DNA of 64,000 nt from the IMG/VR virus record IMGVR_UViG_3300044608_002262, positions 2,801 to 66,800 of that record. The stretch is one strand, 5' to 3'. Numbering within the stretch: position 1 is the stretch's first letter; each line of letters starts with the position of its first letter. Under the pieces are notes generated by a model. That model saw only the letters and a program-made list of their open reading frames with translations, was not told where the DNA came from and did not search any database. This document shows positions 28,456 to 39,064 of this stretch, in pieces. This stretch comes from a virus. The position numbers and the translations under genes were made by a program.

Positions 28456-29042
28456 TCTTGGTTCCATTACTTTTGAGGCGGCGACCGCCTAAAGTGGTTG
28501 CAGGCGCGGGGCTGATGTCCCGAACGCTCGGTGCGGGCAAGAATGCGCGCACGGTGCTTTACACTTCGCGCGGCGCTCCCGTCTTTGCCGGAGCGTGGTA
28601 TGTCTCTTCGGTAGGACTACAGGGCACTTCGGCTGAGGCTTTGGTCGCGCCGGGTTTTGTCAATGCCTTGGAGCCGGTGACGCCGGATGGAATTCCTCTA
28701 AGCGGGGCGACCGGTGGGAGCAAGGGGGGTGTAATCAAGGGCGATTGGAAGGAAGGCGATGAACAGTGGGTAGTGCTCAAGGTTAAGATTGATCTTGAGA
28801 CGGGAAAGATGGTGGCTACTGATCAGAAGGCAGTCGCCCCGGATAATCTGATCGTGGAGTTTTCACCGACCCCTCGCAGTGACTCGGCCAAGGGGGAATA
28901 CGGCTATGCGCCGCTGGCCTACATCAAGAAAATGCCGGGCGGGACGCTGGAGACATTTCAAATCGCCTACTTTTCTTACCGGCATAACACGGCCAAGAAT
29001 CAGTTCGGCGGAAACTGGCGGCACTTTTTCCACGCGGCATGA
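28452..29042 (+). CDS. Tail protein
   Basis: Operon context; PGFVN..P motif shared with the next gene. Confidence 0.55.
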   Translation: MILVPLLLRRRPPKVVAGAGLMSRTLGAGKNARTVLYTSRGAPVFAGAWYVSSVGLQGTSAEALVAPGFVNALEPVTPDGIPLSGATGGSKGGVIKGDWKEGDEQWVVLKVKIDLETGKMVATDQKAVAPDNLIVEFSPTPRSDSAKGEYGYAPLAYIKKMPGGTLETFQIAYFSYRHNTAKNQFGGNWRHFFHAA

Positions 29043-29045
29043 GTT

Positions 29046-30005
29046 ATGAGTGATGGAGCCGTTTACAAACGAACAACGGGGAAAGGCAGGCGCGAGGTGT
29101 ATTACCTCGACGAGATCAGCCGTGAGTGGCAGCACCCGTGGTTTGTCACGGGGTTTTACGAGGATGACTCGTGGAAGATCCAGATCAAGCCTGGCTTCGT
29201 GAACGGGGAACCGGCGATGGCCCCATCTGACGAACTCGAAGATGGCGACAATACGACTTTCAAGCGGATACCGTTGACTGACCGGCCCAAGATCCCTTTG
29301 CCGAAGAACATCTTTGAGCAACCGGCCCGCGCGCCGGATTTCTTTAAGCGACTCGGGGTGAAGGATCCTGAAAAGCTGGACATCAGCATGGGAGGTCCGT
29401 CTGGCGTGACGATCACCATACCGACACAAACGGAGAAGACAGCGGGCGCTCGGACGATGTTGCAGTGCGTTGTGTTTATGAGTCAGGCGCGGGCGAGCCA
29501 AAAACTGGAGGCGTCGATTCCGGGCAATTTGTTGCTGGCGAATATCGTGGAATACACGGTGACGTGGGATGACTCGGCGTTGAGCGCGCTGGGTCGGCGT
29601 CCTCGGATCAATGTGGCGAAGGAGCTTCCGGACGCGCCAACGGGGGGGCAAGACCTATTAAATGGTCTGATGGACGACAATCTCGATCATTTGCCGTTGG
29701 CCACGCTCTATTTTGTCTCGCCGCCCGCCAAGGAGGGTGAGGAGCCGCCCGAAGACACGACGCCGGGGGCGGCGTATGAACTCTACGTGAAGCATGATCT
29801 GTTTTGGAATGTGAGTTACGCGGCCAAGAACCGTCCGCCGATCAACATCCCGGGTTTTGCTCTCGGTGCGGGGGTTGCTGCTTTTGTGGGTAGATACACT
29901 GTTGCCCCGTTGGCGACGCTGGGAGCGATGAATGCGGCCAGTTCGCTTCTCTTGGCGGCGGCATTCAACTCGGCATCGAATAGGGGGCGGTTCTGGACCG
30001 TTTAG
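29046..30005 (+). CDS. Tail protein
   Basis: HPW..IKPGFVNGEP motif. Confidence 0.55.
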   Translation: MSDGAVYKRTTGKGRREVYYLDEISREWQHPWFVTGFYEDDSWKIQIKPGFVNGEPAMAPSDELEDGDNTTFKRIPLTDRPKIPLPKNIFEQPARAPDFFKRLGVKDPEKLDISMGGPSGVTITIPTQTEKTAGARTMLQCVVFMSQARASQKLEASIPGNLLLANIVEYTVTWDDSALSALGRRPRINVAKELPDAPTGGQDLLNGLMDDNLDHLPLATLYFVSPPAKEGEEPPEDTTPGAAYELYVKHDLFWNVSYAAKNRPPINIPGFALGAGVAAFVGRYTVAPLATLGAMNAASSLLLAAAFNSASNRGRFWTV

Positions 30006-30008
30006 GAT

Positions 30009-30290
30009 ATGTCGCGCTCGAATATTTTTAGTTTGTTGATGCTCTCGGATAGCTTCGGGCTGAACAAGCAGGCGCGGATCCGGCGGGAGAGGGAGCAATC
30101 GGCCAGTGCGGAGGTGCGGTTGGAGCCGCCGTTTCCCTACGATGTGCTGGGGTTCGATGATAAATTTTTTGGGGCGGAACCATCGGATTACGTTGAGGAG
30201 AAAACCACCACCAATCCCGGCTCCGGGGGTGGGGGATTTGCGGGCGGCGGAGGAGAGTTCGGCGGCGGCGGAGCGAGCGGGCGGTTTTGA
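30009..30290 (+). CDS. Small protein with Gly-rich C-terminus
   Basis: GGGGFAGGGGEFGGGGASGRF tail. Confidence 0.55.
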   Translation: MSRSNIFSLLMLSDSFGLNKQARIRREREQSASAEVRLEPPFPYDVLGFDDKFFGAEPSDYVEEKTTTNPGSGGGGFAGGGGEFGGGGASGRF

Positions 30291-30343
30291 TTTACGGAAG
30301 AATCCGCAGTTGACGGCGGCAGTTGACGCGACAGAGGAGTTAG

Positions 30344-32995
30344 GTGAGCGCCAATCTCTATTACGTTGATCTCTACAATGGACGCGCGGCCAATCAGGCA
30401 GGCCAAGCGGTGACGTTTCCCGAAGTGGTGGCGGGGGGCACTTTGAGTTTTGCCTTGAGGTTTTTGGAGTATTACGGGGCGTTTACAGAGAAGGATCAGG
30501 ATATTGCGGCCCTGCGGGTCGGCATAGGAACGGTGGATGCGCGGCCTACGGGCGGGACGTTTAGCCTGAAGATCGGAACGGGCGCTGCGGTGGTGGGAGG
30601 GAACACGACGCTGCCGCTTTCGTATATCGCAACGGCCACACAGGTCGAATCGGCGCTGAATGCGCTCTCGGTGGGTGGCAGCTATTCGGTGATTCAAGAA
30701 GCGGGGTCTTATATGATCGCGCGTGCGGACGGAGCCGCGATGGTCATTTCGGTGGTGTCGAACAAGCTGGATCCGGTGAGCTTTGGGCGCATCCTTGCGG
30801 TGCAGGTAGCGGGAAAATGGAATTACGAATTGCGGCTGACGGCGGCTCCGTTGGCCTTTGCCGATTCGGCGACGCGGGTGCTTCCCGATGCGCCTTCGAT
30901 CACAACACTGGTGAATGGTGGAGCGGATGTTTCCGGCACTTACCAATGGAACGAGATTCAGCAGCTACGGATTCCGCGTAATTGGAGGGGAACTTACCAG
31001 CTGCGATACGGCCAGTTTGCCAAAACGGATTTGTTGGATCCTCTGGATGGACCGGCGCAGATCGAGCGGGCGATCAACAAGATGCTGACGCTACCGAATG
31101 GAACGGTCTTGGGATCGGTGCTGGTGAGCAACCCGGAGCAGGACGTGGCGAATATCGAATTCCGTGATGATCTGGCAGGGGCGGATGTGGAGCAGTTGCA
31201 GGTGGCAGTTTTCAGCGCGCCGCAGGGAGATTGGACTTTTGATCTGCCTATGGATCGTTACGAGCTTTTCGCTGCGCTGCGGCAGGCGGAGGTGTTGATT
31301 TTGCCCTTCGAGGCGGAAGCGGATTTCTATCTGGATCCGGCGGACCCATCGGCGGGCATTGTGACGCGCAAGTTGTGGCAGACGACGCTGCGCGTGCGGC
31401 GGCCCCAGATATGGCCGGATATGGCGGTCGTGCCCGGTGTGGATTGGCTGCGGGTGAACCCGGAAGACTATGTGCCCTTCACGCCGAACCAGATTGTGAC
31501 GGGGCCGCAAACCTACTCAGCGGTGATTGGCAACGGATCAGCCACTTCTTTTACCATCACGCACGGACTGAATACGCAAGCCATCGCCAATATCATCGTG
31601 CGCCAAAACACGGCGGCATGGACGGCCTTGACGGAGGGCGTGGATTACAATGCGACGATCACCAATGCCAATGAGGTGCAGTTGGCCTTTGGCACGGCGT
31701 CAGCACCCGCATCGAACGGATTGCTGGTCTATGTGCAGGGTGCTCCGGCGGTGCGGCAGTGGGATGCCCACACGCATACGCAACAGCAGATCGTCGGGCT
31801 GACGGGCTTGTTGGAAAATATGCTGCAACGGATTGCGGTGTTGGAAAATCTCTTGCCGAAAGCAGGGGCGGCAGGTCAGCAGCTAAGTAGCCGTGCGCCG
31901 CAGGAGTTTACTTTGCCGAACGTGGGAGAGATTTTGCCGGATATAGCGGTATTGGACTCCGTTGCCACTTTGGCTTCACAGATTGTGGTGGACCTACAAA
32001 ACAAGCAGCAGGCTCCCGAGGGAACCGATGTCAAGGCGGCGGAAGAAAAGAAAAAAGAGGAGGAGGCAAAGCAGGAGATAGACAAGGATGCGCTCCCGGC
32101 TAACGTGCTTTACCGCGCCTTGATTCCCGGTGTGGGCAAGACCGGAGCGCGTGGCAAAGCGGCAGTCTTGGGACCGGATGGCGATGTGAAAGTTCCGGCA
32201 GAGCCGGAAATACCGAGCGACCCGGCGGTGTGGCCTACGCGCAGCGCCAGTATGGTTAAGTCTGGGCGCTGGCCGATTTTGCTTCCGGCGATTCAGTCGC
32301 CCTATGTTGCTTCATTTGGCACCGCCAGCGTCTTGCCGGATGCGGCGAGTTCGGCTGGGATGGTTTGGGCAAGCGGGTTATACCCGCCTGCGGTAGTGAG
32401 CTTGCCCGGTGAAGGTGGGCGCAAGGGGCAAACGATCAAGAGCGGGGAGCGATTTGCCAGCGATGGTCGCGCGCTCTACCGGGTGAATGCCCAAGGAAAC
32501 TGGTATTACCCCGCCGAGATGGACAGGGAGTTGTGGAGAGTGTTTTTCGATGACGCGCAATTTCCCGAGGGAGCGGTGCTTAATGTGGCCGGTGAGTTGC
32601 GCACGCGGATGCTGGGCGACTTCTTCGATGATGATGCGCGCGGGGTGGGGCGGGTGGACGTGGCGGCACAATACCTACTCTTGTGCGAGGCAGTGCCGGT
32701 CTCCGGCTCGGCAGGCTTGGGGCAAGTTTCGGCTCCCGTGGTGCTGGGTCAGACGCGGATCACCTTGTCGCCCGCGCTGGAGACGTTCCGGTGGGCGCTC
32801 TCGGTGCGGCGCGAGGCCTTGACGATGGTGAGTGCGTGGTCGGCTTACCGGAAAACCATGGCGGGCGGGAATTTCACTTTGCCTGCCACGATTCGCCTGC
32901 GGTTGACGAATTTCGATATAGATGATGCGTCTCCCGATCCGAGGGGCCAAGTGGCCTTGATCATGCCGCCGACCAGATTGGACATCACGCTATGA
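30344..32995 (+). CDS. Large tail/baseplate protein (883 aa)
   Basis: Beta-rich; ITHGLNT and HTH motifs; GTG start with GAGGAG. Confidence 0.7.
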   Translation: MSANLYYVDLYNGRAANQAGQAVTFPEVVAGGTLSFALRFLEYYGAFTEKDQDIAALRVGIGTVDARPTGGTFSLKIGTGAAVVGGNTTLPLSYIATATQVESALNALSVGGSYSVIQEAGSYMIARADGAAMVISVVSNKLDPVSFGRILAVQVAGKWNYELRLTAAPLAFADSATRVLPDAPSITTLVNGGADVSGTYQWNEIQQLRIPRNWRGTYQLRYGQFAKTDLLDPLDGPAQIERAINKMLTLPNGTVLGSVLVSNPEQDVANIEFRDDLAGADVEQLQVAVFSAPQGDWTFDLPMDRYELFAALRQAEVLILPFEAEADFYLDPADPSAGIVTRKLWQTTLRVRRPQIWPDMAVVPGVDWLRVNPEDYVPFTPNQIVTGPQTYSAVIGNGSATSFTITHGLNTQAIANIIVRQNTAAWTALTEGVDYNATITNANEVQLAFGTASAPASNGLLVYVQGAPAVRQWDAHTHTQQQIVGLTGLLENMLQRIAVLENLLPKAGAAGQQLSSRAPQEFTLPNVGEILPDIAVLDSVATLASQIVVDLQNKQQAPEGTDVKAAEEKKKEEEAKQEIDKDALPANVLYRALIPGVGKTGARGKAAVLGPDGDVKVPAEPEIPSDPAVWPTRSASMVKSGRWPILLPAIQSPYVASFGTASVLPDAASSAGMVWASGLYPPAVVSLPGEGGRKGQTIKSGERFASDGRALYRVNAQGNWYYPAEMDRELWRVFFDDAQFPEGAVLNVAGELRTRMLGDFFDDDARGVGRVDVAAQYLLLCEAVPVSGSAGLGQVSAPVVLGQTRITLSPALETFRWALSVRREALTMVSAWSAYRKTMAGGNFTLPATIRLRLTNFDIDDASPDPRGQVALIMPPTRLDITL

Positions 32996-33750
32996 TCATC
33001 GAAGACATCAAAAAGATCGGAACTTTGCCCTCTCCGGCCTTGGGGTTGCTCCCGGCGGTGCATGATGCCACGGTAACTCCGGTGTATGGAACGGCTTTGC
33101 CTGCGGTGGCAGCCGGGCAGGTTTTTCAAAATGCGGCGGGATCTGTGCTGACTCTCCCGGCCTTCGGCGCGTGGCCTCCCCAAAAGCTGCCGCTGGGCAG
33201 TTTTGCGGGGAGCGACGGGAGGTTTTGGTTTCCGGTGCGGCGTTACAAGGCGACCAATTCGTATTACCCGGAGCCGTTCGAGCGGGTGCTCTACACGCTG
33301 GCCTTCTCCGCGAACTCGCTGCCGCTTGGCGGCGCGTTCACATTGACGAGAAAGTTGAGCGCGCGTCTGTTGGCGAACAATACGGACGCGGTGTGGAATT
33401 TCGTGTGGGAGATCGGCATGCGGAGCGATCAATCCTCGCCTGCCCCGGTGGGTCCGAACCTCGACAGCTACGTGTGGCGCGAGCCTCTGATTGACCAACA
33501 AATCCACGTCACGGATGTCGTTTCGACTCACAGCATGGGCGTCACGCTGCGCCGGACTTTGATGGACAACCAAGAGGTGTGGCAGGGTGACATTGCAAGG
33601 TATCAGAAGGTAATCGGCGCGGTGAGCGCGCAACTTCCCACGGGGAACAGTTTTGTGCTGCGGGTGCGGTTGTCGTGCTTTGACACGCAGAATGACGTGC
33701 CCGACCCGCGCGGGTTCGTTGCTTACTTCTGCCTAGGCGAAAAGGAATAA
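32992..33750 (+). CDS. Tail protein, paralog of the C-terminal domain of 30344-32995
   Basis: SDGR, YYP, RLxxFD, PDPRG shared. Confidence 0.65.
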   Translation: MIIEDIKKIGTLPSPALGLLPAVHDATVTPVYGTALPAVAAGQVFQNAAGSVLTLPAFGAWPPQKLPLGSFAGSDGRFWFPVRRYKATNSYYPEPFERVLYTLAFSANSLPLGGAFTLTRKLSARLLANNTDAVWNFVWEIGMRSDQSSPAPVGPNLDSYVWREPLIDQQIHVTDVVSTHSMGVTLRRTLMDNQEVWQGDIARYQKVIGAVSAQLPTGNSFVLRVRLSCFDTQNDVPDPRGFVAYFCLGEKE

Positions 33751-33753
33751 GTT

Positions 33754-36700
33754 ATGCCACTGACTCCGGTAACTAATGTCGTAGTGGGTCCGCTGAGTCG
33801 CTCGTCCAGTGGAAGGACGCTCACCATCGACTCGGGCATGGTCGGCAACCAATATATCGCGCCTGGCACTACCATCACCTTCGTGGACACACTGATATAC
33901 GAAGCGACAATTACTTGGAGGAACACTGAGCAGACGAACCACTATGTAGAAATCTGGGTGACGGGAACTGGCGCTCCCACAACAGTTCATCTAGCGGTGC
34001 GCAACGCAGAGTCGATCCGAATTCCGATACAGCGATGGTGGGCGCAGGACAACTCGACCGCCGATCGCACCGTAACGATAAACGTGAAGGTAAAAAGCGC
34101 CACGGATGAATCGACGGTTGCCACTGCATCGCGCACAATTTCACTGAGCGAGGTGGGGAGCATACCATCCGCTCCGGGTCTGTTCGTATTGTCGGAGGAG
34201 CGGGGTGATCTGCTGCTACCTGCGCATAGTGGATTACGGCAGACGGATGTTCCTTACGGTAGTATATCTTTTAGTCCGCTCGGCACAACGCCAGCAATCG
34301 CGCCGGTCGCGGATGTTCTGATCAGTTGGTTTGTGGAGCCTCAGTCGTCGACTAACAGATATGGAAGGTTGTCCATCACTAATTCATTCGGCTATGACGC
34401 GAGTGCCATAGTTGCTGGGCCTACATTCACAGGCGGTTTTGCCTATAGCGGCATTGCGGCGCAGCCGTTGTGGTTTGGTGTTGGTGGTTTTGGTGGGGCA
34501 CTGCTGGACGGTGGGTTTTACAAGGCAGTTGCGTCGTTTAATCTGGCGGCGACTCCGATCAATTCGCTCGCCACCACGGCCCTCTCCAATGTGCGCCAAT
34601 GGACCAACTTGACCACGACCGTGACCCGTGAGGCGGTGTTTGAGTATTGGGCGAAGGGAACGCCCGCACCAAAAATAACGTCTCCTGCCACGATTACCGT
34701 GAATGTCGGGGATAGTATTTCGTATCTGGTGGTTGCCACTAGTCCGATCGGCGTGCCGAGCGTTGCCGCGAATCTCGGCACAACAGGATTGGCCTTCAAC
34801 TCCAGCACGCAAAGGATCACGGGCTCATTCTCAACGGCTGGGACGAGGACGATTACGGTCAGCGCGACGAATACCTATGGCACAACGACCAAGACGGTGA
34901 CGATTGTGGTTAATGTGGCTACGCCTGTGATCACGAGCCCGTTGACGGCTACGGTGGTGGCGGGGATGCCGTTTACCTATAACTTCACCGCAACGAATGC
35001 GACGAGCTTTTCGGTGAACCTCAACTCGGTGCCGGGCATTTCCTACAACGCAGCGACTCAGCAGATCACCGGAGCTTTCACTTCCGGCGGGGTGAAGTCG
35101 ATCACTTTGACGGCGAGCAATGCGGATGCCACAACGACGCAGACGTTGAATGTGACCGTGGCGATAGTGACCCCGGCCTTTACCAGTGCGCTCACGGCGG
35201 ATAATGTGGCGGGGCTGCCGTTCACCTACACGCTGGCCGCGAACGATGCGACGACTTTCAGTGTGGCCTTCGGCACAGTGACCGGGCTGACGTATGATTC
35301 GGGTTCTCGGCGGATTTCGGGAACTTTGACAGCGGCGGGCACTTACAACGTGAGCCTCACGGCGTCGAATGCCTATGCCTCGAAGACCGAGACGCTGGTG
35401 ATCACCTCTCGCGTAGTGACTCCGCTCATAGGAGGTGGATCGGCGGGCATCACCGGGCAGCGGAGCTACATACCGGTGAGTATAACAAGGAATGGAACAA
35501 CGGCCACCGTGACGGTCCTTGGTGGTAGTATAGGCAATCCCGCCGGACACCTGTTCAAGGAAGGCGAGCTGGTAAATATCGTGGGATGCGCGCAGAGCGC
35601 GTATAACGGCACGTTTGTGATATTGTCGGTGCTGCGCCCTCTGATTAGCGTTGCTTCGGTGTTCACCTATGAGGTGAGCGGATCTCCCGCGACTCCGGCC
35701 ACTGCCGCGACTCCGGACGGGATATTGGCAGGGCCGGGCGCTTTAACCTTAAACACGCGGGCGGGGGATCCAATCGAATACCAACTGGTAATTAGGAATG
35801 CGACGGCCAGCGCGGTGAGCTTCGGGACTTCGACGGGGCTTTCTTATTCGCCCGAAACTCAGAGAATTACGGGTGAATTTACTTCGGTGGACCCGGTGCA
35901 GACGTTGCGGATCACGGCGAGTAACCTCTTGGCGAACGCGACGCGGGATTTGACCGTCAACGTAGCGATCCCCCAGCCAAGAGTAACGAGCGTGCTGCAA
36001 ACCCGTGCGATCACGGGGCAGCCGTTCTCGTATGTGCTGAATACGGTCGATGCGACGAGTGTGGCGGTGAGTTTTGGCACGGCGATCGGGCTGACCTACG
36101 ATGCCGCTAATCGCACGTTATCCGGTGTCTTCGCGGAGACGCAGGCGGGGCAGCAGGTGGTGAGCATTGCCTTGGCCAATGAGTTTGCCAGCAAAAATGA
36201 GCAGTTGGTGATCACGGTCGAGGTGCCGCGCTTGCAAGATCCGAAAAATGTTGCGGTGAGTTTGCTGCATCGTGTGTGGGCGGCTCCCGGCAGGCAGACG
36301 ACGGTGTATGGCAGCGAATTGGTGCCGCCGAACAAGTTTGATCTGTATGGATTGGTCACGTGGGAGAATACGGAGCCTCGCACGCACAACGTCATTTTGA
36401 CGGTGGCGGGTCGCCGCACGACGAGACCCTCGGGGAGCACTTCGGCGCTGGTCTATCTGGCCTCGTGGACTGCACCGGAGGTGGCGGCGAAGACAGTCAA
36501 CATCGGAGTGCAGTTGACCGGGACGGAGTTCAGTTCGACCTTGGTGACAAGTAATGTGTCCGTGAATGCGGCGGCGGCGGCGGAGTTCACCGGGGAGTTG
36601 GCGGTTCGCTCCGATGCGAATTTCGACCCGGCTAATGCCTTGCTGGTGCCCGGATGGAATGGCGCATTGGACCGGAATCCGGCGACGTATCTGAATCAAG

Positions 36701-38301
36701 TTTACATCGAATATACCCCACCCGATCAGTTTCTCTTTTTGCGCCGAGGTGATGAGGCGGATCGTTTCCTTGCTCAAAATCCCGGTGCATTTGAAGCATG
36801 GAATCAGCCTCGCGGCAGCGGCGCGCTGCTGATTCAAGTTCCGGGAAAACTAACAGCAGGCGCGGAGGTATCAACAAGCGGCACAGACGAGCTTGGCAAG
36901 GTAACTTACGATTTGTCTGATGAAGTTGTCTCTGGGGACTATTATTTTACTTCGGTGGAGCAGCGGGCCTTGGATTTGCCGGGGCGATTGATCGGCGGCG
37001 CGGTCTATCGCGCGGAACTGAGGGTGGCGACGGGTGCTGTGCTGCCCAAGAGTTCAACCTACCAGATTACTTGGGAGGGGCTTAGCGGCACGCGCCGTAT
37101 TCCGCCCCAATATGTCACGCGGCAGCACTACAATGTGGCCATGATTGCGCAAGGGGTGTCGGAGTTGCCGCTGGGCACGGCCTTGAGCAAGTCGCTGTTT
37201 TTCACGGCTCCGGCTTTGACGGTGCCGTTCACCGCAACCGGGCCTTCGGGCGCGTTTGCCATCAATCGCCCGGCGCGCATTCCCTTGGTTGCTTCGCGGC
37301 GGGCAACTTGGACGATCGACTCGATTCAAGCCGCCAATGGCTCGGCGGCAAACTTGCCGGAGTTTGGCATCGAGTATGATCCGCCGGTCTTCGGCACTTC
37401 GGGACCGGAGCGCGCCTACTTGGTGGGCTCGCCAAGCACGGCGGGGGTGTTTCGCTTTAACATGACGGCGCGCAGCGGAAGCGAAAATGCTTCGGCAACA
37501 GGGACAGTATCGCTTGTGGCGAGTTTGCCACGCACGACGATCTCAACCAATAGCACGATTACCCGTGACGGCTGGAAGGCGAAGGTCGGTGATGAGCTAA
37601 GTCTCGCTTTCAGTTCCAACCCGCCCACATCGCTGTGGACGGCCACGGGACTGCCACCGGGAGTGCGGCTGAATCAAGACGGAACGATCATCGGAAGATT
37701 TACGAAAGGGGGCAATTATCTGGCGACAATCTCTGCTCAAGGCATTGGAACATCGCCGTATGACCCGTCACTGCCGACGACGATAAAGTTCACGATCGAG
37801 GCGGGTAGCGTGGCCTTGGAGGATTATTCAGCAGCGGGTCGCTCGCCGTGGCTTTTGTCGGAGTGGCAACTGATCGACCTGCACGTGCTGGCCCGGAGCC
37901 GGGAGGTGCAGAGCACGATGTTCGAGGGCGGGGCATTGCGGATCAAGGTGGGTGATGCCTTGAACTTCGGCATCTTTTTCGTGGATGCGGCGGACAATGT
38001 GTTTGAGCTTGCTCCGTCTCGTCTGCGTTTGACGATTCGCAAGGCGGATAATCTGGATGATCTGATGATCTTCAAGGGCGCGGAACCACCAGTCGCGGTG
38101 GAAAGCAACTTCCAGACTTACTATGAACTCAACGTGGTAACAGGAAGTCGGGAGCGTGAAGTGGCACTGGAATGGGCGGAGGAGAATGAAAAGAACGAGC
38201 CGCTGAAATGCGTGGCTGACCTTGATTGGGTGAAGGATGGTAAGAACTACAGTTCGCGCACGTTCCCGGTGATCTTGGAGTTGGATGTGACCAGACCGTA
38301 G
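33754..38301 (+). CDS. 1515-aa adhesin-like virion protein with tandem putative Ig (He_PIG-like) repeats
   Basis: Repeats PxITSxxT..GxPFxY..GLxY....RIxGxF..TASN; ATGLPPGV. Confidence 0.8.
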   Translation: MPLTPVTNVVVGPLSRSSSGRTLTIDSGMVGNQYIAPGTTITFVDTLIYEATITWRNTEQTNHYVEIWVTGTGAPTTVHLAVRNAESIRIPIQRWWAQDNSTADRTVTINVKVKSATDESTVATASRTISLSEVGSIPSAPGLFVLSEERGDLLLPAHSGLRQTDVPYGSISFSPLGTTPAIAPVADVLISWFVEPQSSTNRYGRLSITNSFGYDASAIVAGPTFTGGFAYSGIAAQPLWFGVGGFGGALLDGGFYKAVASFNLAATPINSLATTALSNVRQWTNLTTTVTREAVFEYWAKGTPAPKITSPATITVNVGDSISYLVVATSPIGVPSVAANLGTTGLAFNSSTQRITGSFSTAGTRTITVSATNTYGTTTKTVTIVVNVATPVITSPLTATVVAGMPFTYNFTATNATSFSVNLNSVPGISYNAATQQITGAFTSGGVKSITLTASNADATTTQTLNVTVAIVTPAFTSALTADNVAGLPFTYTLAANDATTFSVAFGTVTGLTYDSGSRRISGTLTAAGTYNVSLTASNAYASKTETLVITSRVVTPLIGGGSAGITGQRSYIPVSITRNGTTATVTVLGGSIGNPAGHLFKEGELVNIVGCAQSAYNGTFVILSVLRPLISVASVFTYEVSGSPATPATAATPDGILAGPGALTLNTRAGDPIEYQLVIRNATASAVSFGTSTGLSYSPETQRITGEFTSVDPVQTLRITASNLLANATRDLTVNVAIPQPRVTSVLQTRAITGQPFSYVLNTVDATSVAVSFGTAIGLTYDAANRTLSGVFAETQAGQQVVSIALANEFASKNEQLVITVEVPRLQDPKNVAVSLLHRVWAAPGRQTTVYGSELVPPNKFDLYGLVTWENTEPRTHNVILTVAGRRTTRPSGSTSALVYLASWTAPEVAAKTVNIGVQLTGTEFSSTLVTSNVSVNAAAAAEFTGELAVRSDANFDPANALLVPGWNGALDRNPATYLNQVYIEYTPPDQFLFLRRGDEADRFLAQNPGAFEAWNQPRGSGALLIQVPGKLTAGAEVSTSGTDELGKVTYDLSDEVVSGDYYFTSVEQRALDLPGRLIGGAVYRAELRVATGAVLPKSSTYQITWEGLSGTRRIPPQYVTRQHYNVAMIAQGVSELPLGTALSKSLFFTAPALTVPFTATGPSGAFAINRPARIPLVASRRATWTIDSIQAANGSAANLPEFGIEYDPPVFGTSGPERAYLVGSPSTAGVFRFNMTARSGSENASATGTVSLVASLPRTTISTNSTITRDGWKAKVGDELSLAFSSNPPTSLWTATGLPPGVRLNQDGTIIGRFTKGGNYLATISAQGIGTSPYDPSLPTTIKFTIEAGSVALEDYSAAGRSPWLLSEWQLIDLHVLARSREVQSTMFEGGALRIKVGDALNFGIFFVDAADNVFELAPSRLRLTIRKADNLDDLMIFKGAEPPVAVESNFQTYYELNVVTGSREREVALEWAEENEKNEPLKCVADLDWVKDGKNYSSRTFPVILELDVTRP

Positions 38302-38305
38302 CGCC

Positions 38306-39064
38306 ATGAACGAATCTGCCGTCGATCGGGTGCCTTGGATTGGGGCCAGATGGGATCTGTTGGATTTGCAGGTGTTGCTGCGCGGGGGGCTGGTGCAGGG
38401 CACGCTGTTGGAGAATGGGACGCTGCGATTGCGGGAGGGCGACAGCTTTCGGTTGGCGGTGTTTTTCGTCAACGGGCTTGATCAGGTCGTGGATCCCGCG
38501 CCTTCGCAGGTGAGGTTCTCGATCCGGGCCGCGAACAATGTCGATGAATTGCTGACCATGGCGCTCCAACCGGCGGTAGCGCAAAGCGAGGAGGGGATGC
38601 CGTATTTTTTGTTTGAGCCGAACGTGGCCCGGTTGGGAGGTGCGGCGACGGAATTGATGGATGGGCAGAATGAGTTGCGCTGCGTGGCTGATGTGGATTG
38701 GACGGTGGGCGGCAAGATTTACAGTTCGGCTTCTTTTCCGGTGTTGTTTGAGTTTGGGCTGACGACTCAGGAGGAGGTGAAAAACATCACCACCCGCCCG
38801 ACGACACCGACAAAACCGACTACTCCGACGACACCGACGACACCGACAAATCCGACGACACCGACGACACCAACGCCGCCGCAACCGCCTCCTCTGCCGC
38901 CATCGCCTCCCGGCTTGGATGAGGGGGCGATACGGGCATTGTTTGATCAATGGCTGTTGGAAGTGTTGCCGGTGGAGGAAGGGTTTCTTTATGTGCGCAA
39001 CGGCGAGATTACGGATGCGGTGCCGGGCACGGATTGCAGCACGGGGGAGCAATGGACGCCGTAA
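38306..39064 (+). CDS. Virion protein, paralog of the C-terminal domain of 33754-38301, with PT-rich linker
   Basis: WxLxDL, CVADxDW, GKxYSSxxFPV shared. Confidence 0.7.
   Translation: MNESAVDRVPWIGARWDLLDLQVLLRGGLVQGTLLENGTLRLREGDSFRLAVFFVNGLDQVVDPAPSQVRFSIRAANNVDELLTMALQPAVAQSEEGMPYFLFEPNVARLGGAATELMDGQNELRCVADVDWTVGGKIYSSASFPVLFEFGLTTQEEVKNITTRPTTPTKPTTPTTPTTPTNPTTPTTPTPPQPPPLPPSPPGLDEGAIRALFDQWLLEVLPVEEGFLYVRNGEITDAVPGTDCSTGEQWTP
38797..38876 (+). repeat. 9-bp coding tandem repeat (CCGACGACA-like) encoding (PTT)n
   Basis: Directly visible. Confidence 0.8.

Noticed and set aside
38797-38876. Short tandem repeat as a possible CRISPR array or DGR
   Set aside because: In-frame 9-bp units encoding a PT linker; no spacers; no cas or reverse transcriptase genes in the window
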